NCBI GenBank assembly: GCA_964019335.1
Contig: OZ025650.1
Location: 868,001-932,000, forward strand
Direction of reading: 5' to 3'
From: Diplonema japonicum
Lineage: Eukaryota > Protista > Euglenozoa: Diplonemea
DNA: 64,000 nt
In this document: in pieces, positions 55,441 to 64,000 of the stretch
How positions within the stretch are numbered: position 1 is the stretch's first letter
How the letters are laid out: the number at the start of each line of letters is the position of its first letter
The notes under the pieces: generated by a model
What the model was told of the DNA's origin: nothing
The model's database searches: none
The model's input: the letters and a program-made list of their open reading frames with translations, nothing else
Position numbers and translations under genes: made by a program

Positions 55441-55859
55441 ACTTTTTTTGTTGGGGGGGGGGGGGGGGGGGGGGCGTATTCTTAGAAACTTTTTCCAGTG
55501 CCAGTTTTTCTCTATTTCATTATTGTAGCCCTTTTATAGAAGCCCAACGGAAGAAATATTTTGTGGTGTGTTAAGTTTTTTGACAACTTGCGAAACAAAA
55601 AACGATGCCGCGCCCCGTCTTTCTCTGAGCACTTTTTCCTATTGTGGCCTGCTTCGGGTAGAGACTGCATTTATTTAGTACCATGTGACGAACATGTAGT
55701 ACTCCTTAGAAAGGTATATTGTTATAATATAGGGTTTTAGGAACAGCCGCAAGGGGGGGGGGGGGGGGGGGGAAATTGTGAAAAAGAGAAAAAAACGCAA
55801 AAAGGTTTTTGGTCACTAAAATTACTTTCCCCCTCCCCCATTTTTTTATGGCTTCCCAG

Positions 55860-56077
55860 CGGACGAGAGAAAAAGAGTGAAGTCCCTCATCGCCATTGGA
55901 GGAAAGGCAGCTATTGGTTTCTCCAGGAGGCCTATTTTCGCCACCCGCTCCGCACACGACAAGCTAATGGAATTGAAAGCCGCCTACAAGCGGGACCGCA
56001 TCACACGACTCCGCAAGACGCTCACGGCCTCAATCGGAATGAAAGCAATGCTCCAGAAGGGGAGTATTAACAGATAG
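55860..56077 (+). other. Possible coding exon or gene remnant
   Basis: GC-balanced segment after a CCCAG acceptor, open in two frames. Upstream GT-AG pairs exist at about 55657-55859, but the frame is ambiguous. Confidence 0.25.
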
Positions 56078-57747
56078 ACCCCCCCCCCTCCCATAGGGCG
56101 GCCCTCTAGCGGGGGGCTTGTCCTGTACTTTGAGTTTGTTCTCTTCTTTTTCTCCTCTCTTTCTTCTTTTGCTTCCTTCTTTTGTTCTAGACTAACGGGC
56201 AAGGTGCCAACGTTGTGGTTGTGCAAAAAAAGAGAATCACAATTAAACCACGGGTGTTGTCCACGTACCCGCGTACCTTACCTGGCAAGGGCAGTGGGAA
56301 AACCACCCCATTTCTTCTTTTATTTAAAAAACAAAAAAAAAAAAACAAAACAAAAAAAGGATATTCGTGCAAAGACGATAACCCAGGGATAAGAGCAGGC
56401 CTACCAACACTCGCGGATGGTACAGACCTTAGTGTAGTACCAGGCACCAAACTTCATATTTCCAGTTTATTTAAAAAACCAAATTTAAATCACTTTAGGG
56501 ATGCATGTAGGACTTTTGTAAAACACTTTCAAACACGGTTTTTTTTTTTTTTTTCCATCCTTCCCTCCCCAGATGTGGCAAGAAAAAGAAACTTTTTATA
56601 TGAAGTACCCCTAAGGAAATGAGGGTTTGGGGGGGGGGGGTATTTTTTAATGTAAGATCAAAGGAGGAAAGAGGCAACAAAAAGGAGTCTTTTCCTTGTC
56701 AAGAGCGAGTATCTAAAAAAAGCCATTCTTCCCCGTCCCCTCTTCGCCTTCTTCGATGGAAAGGGAAGAGAAAAATTGTGTCTGGAAAAAGGGGCTTTTT
56801 TTATTCTCATCACGATTTGACACAATTCATCTAAAAAAAAAAAGAGAAGAGAAGGAAAAAGAAGTCCTCCCCCCCCTTTTTTTCTGGATTGAATACTATA
56901 AAAGCAAGAATTCTCTATTTCGATGAACTAAGGTGAACCAAAAAAAAAAAAAAAGAGAGGAAAAAAAAAAAAAAAACAGTTTCGCATAAATTATGGACAG
57001 GTGCATTTTTCTTTGTCGTCATTGTTGGTATGGAGAGCTGAGAATGAAGTATTGTCCTAGCATGGTCAAGAAATAAATATACAAAGAAATTGAAACTGAA
57101 CTTGTTTCTAACCCCCCCTTCCCACCCGTTCTCATCTTCACCCAGGAAGATTTCATTTTTTTTTTAAATTTTTTCTCTTTAAAAATAACTTTATCACCAA
57201 GAGAGGAGTCATAATTTAACTCGATAGTCCGAGTTTTTTTTTTTTTGTCTGTTTGTAATAAGTCGGCATATCGAGAGTTCAAGAAATGGCTCGTTTTTGG
57301 CGAAAAGTAGTTCCCCCTTCGCAGTCATTGAAGTCATGTTTCTAATGGGACGATCGGGAGAGTTGAGTTGGGCACAACATTCGGGGGGGGGGGGGGGGTA
57401 AGGAAATAAAGATTGATGTACAAAAAGAAATGTGCCCGTGAATGCAGTTTTAAAAGAAAGTCTGCAAGGAGAAAAATAAACGGACATTGCCGGACACATT
57501 TGATACAGTAATAACGCTCTTTTTCTTTTTTTTTTTCTCTTGTTTCCCCCCCCCCCCCCCCCCCCCTATTCTATTCTTTTTTCTTTTCAAAGAATTTTTG
57601 TTCCCCCTCTAACTTTCCTTTATTTTGGGAAAAAACTTTTTTAAAGAAACCTCTGCGGGAACGGATATGTCAGTAGAGAGATGGGCGGGGCATTCTAATG
57701 GACCCCTTTAACCCATATACTGTAAAAAAAAAAAAAAAAAAAAAGTT

Positions 57748-57947
57748 NNNNNNNNNNNNNNNNNNNNNNNNNNNNNNNNNNNNNNNNNNNNNNNNNNNNN
57801 NNNNNNNNNNNNNNNNNNNNNNNNNNNNNNNNNNNNNNNNNNNNNNNNNNNNNNNNNNNNNNNNNNNNNNNNNNNNNNNNNNNNNNNNNNNNNNNNNNNN
57901 NNNNNNNNNNNNNNNNNNNNNNNNNNNNNNNNNNNNNNNNNNNNNNN
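57748..57947. other. Assembly gap (200 N)
   Basis: Run of N. Confidence 1.
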
Positions 57948-58912
57948 CACAGAAATCTTTCTGCAGAACCTGCCACCTGCCACCCTCCCTTGGTGGGAAC
58001 CACTTTAAGGTACACCATTCCACAGCTGCCTCCAAGATACAGGCCATGCCCTTTACACCGTTTTTCCCGTAGCGCCCCAACTGGCGGCGTAGTGGCCAAG
58101 GCTACAAGGGAACAACATGATTTTTCGAAAAGGAGAAGAGCTTTTTACGTCAGCAATAATCTTCACACATGACTAAAGATGCAAAAGTGGTACCCAAAAG
58201 GGAAATTCCCAACCACCTGTGTTGTCACCTGTGGCCACTAGGGGGTGGCGATAGGTGAATGACTATTGATGGGTTATTATTTTATTTACACAACTAGTTG
58301 CAAGCACCGTATGCATTGGCAATGAAAAGAATATTACGGCCATCATCCTAGTGTTGTCAGATGTTGGGTGACTATTGTATTTTACGGCACAACATAGCAA
58401 CAACAACAACAACAAAAGAAAGGATTGCAGCCTTGCTTCTTTTTTTTTAAAGTGGATCTTACCCCCCTTCGGCGGTTCAACTATTTGTAAACGTTCCACA
58501 AAAAAGAAGGGGGAAAAAAAAACCTGTTTTCCTCCCTTGTTTACACTGCAAAAAGATATTTTCAGAAGGAAGGCCTCTTATCTTGTTCTGAGTTGTTGGC
58601 AATCGATCCGGCCATCTTATCAGAATCGGCTTATGAAGAACCCTCTACACTAGGAGCCTCCTACGGTGCTCCAACAACACACATCAACATAATCGGGTTT
58701 CTTTCCTTTTTTTTTTCTTCTGCTCCCTTCTTTTTAAAAAGTCCATTATTTTTCTTTGTCCAAGATTTCCTCATATCCCTTTCCCCCTGTTTCATCTATA
58801 TCCCGCATTACACTTCACTTTATATTTTATCATTTTTTTCCAGCTTCGCTCCATGATTATCAAATAGAAGGGTGGGGAAGGGGATTGGTAGAAGGAGAAA
58901 ATAAAAGGAAAA

Positions 58913-60226
58913 ATGAAATTAACCCCCGACCAAAGTGTGATCCTGCTTGGGTTCGCGTTCTGTTTAGTGTACCTAGCCTTCAATGGTGCTCAGAACTTGC
59001 TGACGAGTGGGAGTGAGACCTTGGGACCCTTCGAGCTGGGGAGTTGGAGTTTAGGAGGTTTGTACTTGGCGAACACGATCTCAGGGCTGTGCTTGGCGGT
59101 GCCTGCATGCAGTATAACCACAGACAGAAACGCAATGATCTATTGGATAGGGACCGTGCCGTTGTTCATAGTCTGCAATGTGGTGTACCAGAAGTACACG
59201 CTCCTCCCCGCGTCCGTCTTGGCGGGTCTTTCGGCTGGTGTGCAGTGGACCGCGTGCTGGGGGTACATCTCATCATGCATCACATGGAAGAACGACCCGA
59301 AGCAAACAGCCTTCCTGACTGGGGTGTTCTACGGCATTATGCAGTCCTCTCAGATCTTGGGGAACCTCTCCTCATCCATCTTCCAGCACCACGTGTCAGA
59401 CGGCAACACGTGGCTTGCTGTCTTCTACGCGACGTCCTGCGCCATCGGGATGGGCTTGCTGTTCCTGCTCCCGAACTTGGAAAGAGAACACACCCCTCTG
59501 GTGATCCCTATTGGTGAGAAGCTGGCAGGGATGGGGAAGATCATCTGGAAGGACCCGAAGATGAGGTTCATGGTGTTGATGTTCATCTACTCGGGGTACA
59601 CGCAGACGTACTTCTTTGGTGTGTTCACAAGCTGGGTGAGCAATGCGCTGTCGTCGTCGTCTGGGAGCAGCGGTTCCGGGTCGTCGGACACAGAGGACAT
59701 CGGGTATGTGATGGCATGGTTCGGGCTGTCGGACACGATCTTCTCATTTCTGTTGGGGTGGCTCGGAAGCAAGATCGGGGGTGGGTGGGTTATTGCCGCT
59801 GCGTCCTTGTCATGCGCTTCCGGCGTAACATTACTCTGTGCCCTCGACAACCACCACACCATGGTGTCCCTCTCTGCCATCGCCTTCTTGTTCGGAGCTG
59901 CCGATGCCGGCTACAACGCCATCATTGTCGCCACGCTGACACGTTTCTTCCCCAAATCTGGTGGCCCCGAACAGATCTACCAATCCACCTGCGCCTTCGC
60001 AGCTTTCCAGATGTTCCAGTCTGGTGTGACCGCCATTGCTTTCTTTTACAATGGGCTCATCTCGCAATGGACGCAGACATACATATTCGGATCTTGTCTT
60101 GCGCTTGCCATCTTTGCCTACACATGGTTGTCCGTTTTCCATCTTTCACATGTGGAAGCAGATGGAGTCGAGAACAAGGGTTTGCTTCAGGACGATGATT
60201 GTGAAGAAAGTCATTATGCTGAGTGA
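58913..60226 (+). CDS. UNC-93-like MFS membrane protein
   Basis: LGFAFCLVYLAFNGAQNL, ASVLAGLSAGVQWTA..YIS, SQILGNL, AFAAFQMFQS; about 12 TM segments. Confidence 0.88.
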   Translation: MKLTPDQSVILLGFAFCLVYLAFNGAQNLLTSGSETLGPFELGSWSLGGLYLANTISGLCLAVPACSITTDRNAMIYWIGTVPLFIVCNVVYQKYTLLPASVLAGLSAGVQWTACWGYISSCITWKNDPKQTAFLTGVFYGIMQSSQILGNLSSSIFQHHVSDGNTWLAVFYATSCAIGMGLLFLLPNLEREHTPLVIPIGEKLAGMGKIIWKDPKMRFMVLMFIYSGYTQTYFFGVFTSWVSNALSSSSGSSGSGSSDTEDIGYVMAWFGLSDTIFSFLLGWLGSKIGGGWVIAAASLSCASGVTLLCALDNHHTMVSLSAIAFLFGAADAGYNAIIVATLTRFFPKSGGPEQIYQSTCAFAAFQMFQSGVTAIAFFYNGLISQWTQTYIFGSCLALAIFAYTWLSVFHLSHVEADGVENKGLLQDDDCEESHYAE

Positions 60227-60978
60227 GTATTTCTTTTTTTTGTTACTTTTTTTTTTTCCTCAGTTAATATTCCATGGGTTTCTTTTTATTCTCCCCCCCC
60301 CCCCCTTGAATGGGTTGGTACCACTTTTTCTTTGGGGTGTTGTTGTTTCTCTTTTCTTTTATTCCCTTTCGTTCTTCTTGTCTTACACCACCGTTTTCTG
60401 TTTTGTATGCAAACCCTTAGGCTTTGACTGATCCCCCCCCCTTTGTTTTCATGCCTTTTTATTGCTACAAAGTGGACTGGTGTTGTGGTTCATGTTTTCG
60501 AATTCTCACAAAAAGAAGGAAAAAAAACGAAGCTGGAGATGTCTTTTGTCGATGAAACACGAAAAAAGAGAAAATAAATGCAAAGAAGATGAAGCGAAGT
60601 GCGAAGTCAAAAGGCGGGGAAGTAGAATAAAAATAAAATAGAAGAAAGTTGCTGCGTATCTCACATGGAAGAGGGTTTTTCTTTTGGACGATAAAAGATT
60701 ACCCCTTTTTTTTCTGTTATCACTGTTTCTCTTTTAGTTTCTTGTTTGCCGTATTTCAAGTTTGTTTTTCAAGTATCTTGTCCTCACCCCCTTTTTTTCT
60801 TTCCATCAGTATTTAAAAAAGAAGAATTTACCATTTTTTCCCTTTGTTCTGCGTGTTATAAAAAAAAAAAAAAAACGTTTCAATCCGATTTTCTATTCTT
60901 TAGAGCTGTTACTTTTTTCACAAAAAATAATCACTAATTAGGAGGGGTCTGAGTAAACCCTGGCGGCAAACCAATAAG

Positions 60979-62548
60979 ATGAGGAGGACGGTGGCAGTGT
61001 TGTCAAGAAGGATAAGGGGGGGGCAGGAGAACCCTTTAAAGCTGCCGCACGAAGGAGGGAGTCACTTCCCGACGACAGATAAGAAGGACCCTGCTACGGT
61101 TGCAGGGAGGTTGGAGCAGAAGGTGGTGGGATCCCAAGCAGTCTTGGGAAATCTCCCCAAAGTGAGTTCTCACTTCAGCGAGGAAGGTAAGGTCATGATG
61201 AAGCCTCGTGAGAAGGTACCGTCGATGGAGCTGTCGCCAGATGCGTTGCTGGCAAATCCTAAATTTAAAAAAGCGATGATGACGGTGAGGAACCACCTCG
61301 AGGCAGAAGAGAAGTGGTTGGACCACAGAAAAGCTCAAACAGAAACCGAGCAAGGCAAAGACTACCCCATAGCACAGCCTCTCCACAAGATCCTGGCCCG
61401 AGCAGGGATCGCCTCCGGCAGTGACACAGAACCCTTCAGCAACGGGAAGGTCAAGGTAAACGGTGTTACGATAAGAGATAGAAAGTTCCTCGCAAAGCCC
61501 ACCGACGACATCAGGTGCACCACCAAGCGGGTCCTGATCGACTACCCGAGGATTTGGAGGGCCGTGAAGTCAAAAGGCGACCGCAGCATGATGACCTCAA
61601 AGCTGAACCAAAAGCTCGATAAATGGCGGTGGCAGTTCCCTGGTCTCCCAAACTTCGCATTCCTCGCAGGCGGCGGCCTCTCCCGCGATGCCTCCGGGCT
61701 GCTGCTGTTCACAAACGACAAGATGCTAGCGCAGTACATCGACAACTCACACGACATCGAAAGGGACTGGGAGGCTAACGTCCGGGGGGAGTTCCCCATC
61801 AAGCTGCTGAAGAAGCTCAACACGACCTACAGCTACGGGAACTACGTGTACAAGAACATGGAGTGGGCCATCGAATCCGTGCGGTACTCGGGGAAGTTCC
61901 ACAGGAAACAAACGGATCGCAGTATCATGGGGTGTAATCTGAAAATCCGTATCTGGGGACCGGGACCTCCTCTTCAAGCACTTTTGCGTGATGTTCAAAA
62001 ACCCTGTTCGTACCTCAACAGGGTTACCATAGGCCCCTACAACACGACTTATATAAACCCTGGTCTTGCTGTGGAGGCGTACATAGACGAGGGGCTCATG
62101 CAATTCACCGACCCGAAATGGATCCCCTGGATCGAAGCCCACTCCCCCCTTCTCGCGCGGAACACCGCCACCATCCTCCAGAAAAAGGTGAATATGAAGC
62201 GTGACGGGCAGGATGGCGCCATGGCACTCATTGAAGAGCTGGAGGTGTGAACTGAGGGAATTTAAAAAAAAGGGAAATAAACAGGATACCCGTACGGACG
62301 CCTTAGAGGCAACAAAGAAGAGGAGGCGTTCGCTGCAAGCAGAAGCGCCCACCTCCCTCGACACTGCACTGGTGAAGGTTAATGAAAAGGAGTTCAAAGA
62401 GAAGAAGGTATTTTTTTCCCCTCTTGATTCAAAACCCCAACAGCGCCGTCAAATCGTCGGGAAAGGCATGCCCGTGAAGGCACAGAGATCAGTCAGCGAT
62501 ATTCTAGCGGACCTTAAGAAGCCGCCGATCATGTCAGGCATGTCTTGA
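60979..62548 (+). CDS. RsuA/RluB-family pseudouridine-synthase-like protein with S4 domain, catalytic motif degenerate, probably mitochondrial; join(60979..62244,62285..62548)
   Basis: LHKILARAGIAS..GKVKVNG (S4); GGGLSRDASGLLLFTND; IERDWEANVRG; LNRVTIGPY. 40-nt GTGTGA..ACAG intron. Arg-rich N-terminus. Confidence 0.8.
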
Positions 62549-62668
62549 TCAGGAGGGTGGATTGTATTGAACAGATCTTTCGTTTCTGTTTGTCCTTTCT
62601 CTTTTACCTACTAAAACTCACCCTCTTGCAAGAGAGCAAAAAAAAAAAAAAAAAAAAAAAGAAAAAAA

Positions 62669-63796
62669 ATGTCTGAATCAGCACCGCAAAAGTTCGTCCC
62701 CCGATCACGGTATAGCAGCTCCGCGGTTGAAGGTGGGGGAGGAGGAGGAGGAGGAAGCAGTGGAAAGGGTGGGAAGGGTGACCGTTCGCACGCGAAGGAT
62801 GACGATGCGCCTACCGGACGACAAGGGGCATGGACCGGGGGGCGTGGTGGGAAGGGCGAGGGGGGTAAGGGGAGGGAGCCGAGAGAGCGAAGGCCCGAAC
62901 CAAAGGAAGGCGAAGAAGGCGAGGAAAAAGAAAAATTCTGGCAGTCCAAGTCACACCACCAGCCGGAAGGAAACAGCAGATTCACAGGGCTGAGGAAATA
63001 TATGGCGCCGGGGAACAAAAGAGGGGGACACCCTGAAGAAGAAGGAGCCGCGAGCAATGCAAAATTTTTCGGAAACCGGAACAAAAAGACATTCCGACAC
63101 CAGACAGACGACCAGGAAGGGCTCAAGGAATACCCAGAGGACCAACACCATCCCTTGTCACACACATGGACCATGCGGTTCAGGAACAGGTCGGAAAATG
63201 CATCCTCTTGGGAGGAGATCCTTGAGAAGCAGTTCACCAACCTGTCAGACGTGTCGACGGTGGAAGAGTTCTGGACAACATACTCGCATCTATACCACCC
63301 GTGTGGGATCCCTGCACAGTGCGATTACCTGATGTTCCAGAAGGGAGTAGAGGCAAATTGGGAGGTATTGAATTTTTGTAAGGGGGAAAAAAAAGATCAT
63401 ACTCGCAGGACCCAGCCAACGTGCACGGCTGTCGTATCAGTGTGAGAATACCTCAAGACCGCCACCACGCTGCGGCAAGTGACATCTGGGAAGATATCTT
63501 GCTGACATGCATTGGAGCTCAGTGGGAAGGGGTGGCCGACACTGTAGTGGGTGTTGTCATCAGCGCGAGGAATAAGTGCGAAGACATCATGATCTGGCTG
63601 AGGCACTCAGAGACAGAGACTGTTGAGGTATGGCTTCAATTTAGAAGAATAAAGACAACACTTGTAGGTTGTTCAGAACCAGCTGAAGAATATCGTCTCC
63701 CGATACACCTCCGCTACCGTCAACTACGTTGTCCTGAACCACCGAAACAGCGCTAATGAAGAGAAGAAGGACGCTCCAATTGCCGAGAAAAAGTAG
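62669..63796 (+). CDS. eIF4E: Translation initiation factor eIF4E family member with a long N-terminal extension; join(62669..63364,63409..63627,63668..63796)
   Basis: HPLSHTW, SWEE, TVEEFW, DYLMFQKGVEANWEDPAN, WEDILLTCIG, VVGVVISAR, IMIW. Two GT-AG introns (44 and 40 nt) restore the frame. Confidence 0.9.
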
Positions 63797-64000
63797 AAAG
63801 AGACACAAAAAAAGAAAAAGATCATTGAAGGAGGAACGGGATCTGGATTTTGTTTGAATTTTTTCCCCCTCTTTCTATCCTTCAAAGAAAAAAACAAAAC
63901 AAACCGATAGGAAATGAAAGTAAAAGAAAAAAAAATTGTATTTTTTTTTAAAGGAATCCCAAAGGATGACCCTATTCTTTATTTTCTCTGTAGAGCTAGT

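Noticed and set aside
60223-60263. Possible 41-nt GTGAGT..CAG intron across the UNC-93-like stop codon
   Set aside because: It would only change the last residue (E to D) and cannot be supported without RNA data, so it was not counted.
1-64000. CRISPR array, alternative genetic code, or functional clustering of mitochondrial and translation genes
   Set aside because: No repeat-spacer array is present. Conserved genes translate with the standard code. Clustering cannot be distinguished from chance in one window.

Overview
Eukaryotic nuclear genomic DNA, most likely a euglenozoan and probably a diplonemid-type protist. This is an inference from the gene arrangement, a k-DDX60-like helicase, a p22/MAM33 gene and a euglenozoan-type LSU rRNA signature. 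About 24 credible protein genes all lie on the + strand. Several are only ~95-170 nt apart and are preceded by polypyrimidine-AG sites, as expected for polycistronic transcription with SL trans-splicing. Unlike trypanosomatids, many genes carry short (36-60 nt) GT-AG cis-introns, mostly phase 0 and near the 3' end. Genes include an IRE/Greatwall-like kinase, MAM33/p22, P2, an XRN with a hydrophobic tail, a DDX60-like helicase, bL33m, a C-type lectin receptor and two mosaic NADPH oxidase paralogs. Further genes are Spinster- and UNC-93-like MFS transporters, a ZNFX1-like zinc-finger protein, tandem RPL15, a mitochondrial DEAD-box helicase, a CaMKK-like kinase with a pseudo-receiver domain, an RsuA-like pseudo-enzyme and eIF4E. 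The homopolymer-rich intergenic DNA holds TA-flanked MITEs, a TTAA-flanked piggyBac-type element, an LSU rRNA fragment and a 200-N gap. It also holds a 2.07-kb TIR element carrying tRNA-like Pol III units inside both ends, which is the most unusual object found. All calls were made by eye from the sequence and ORF track; no searches were run.
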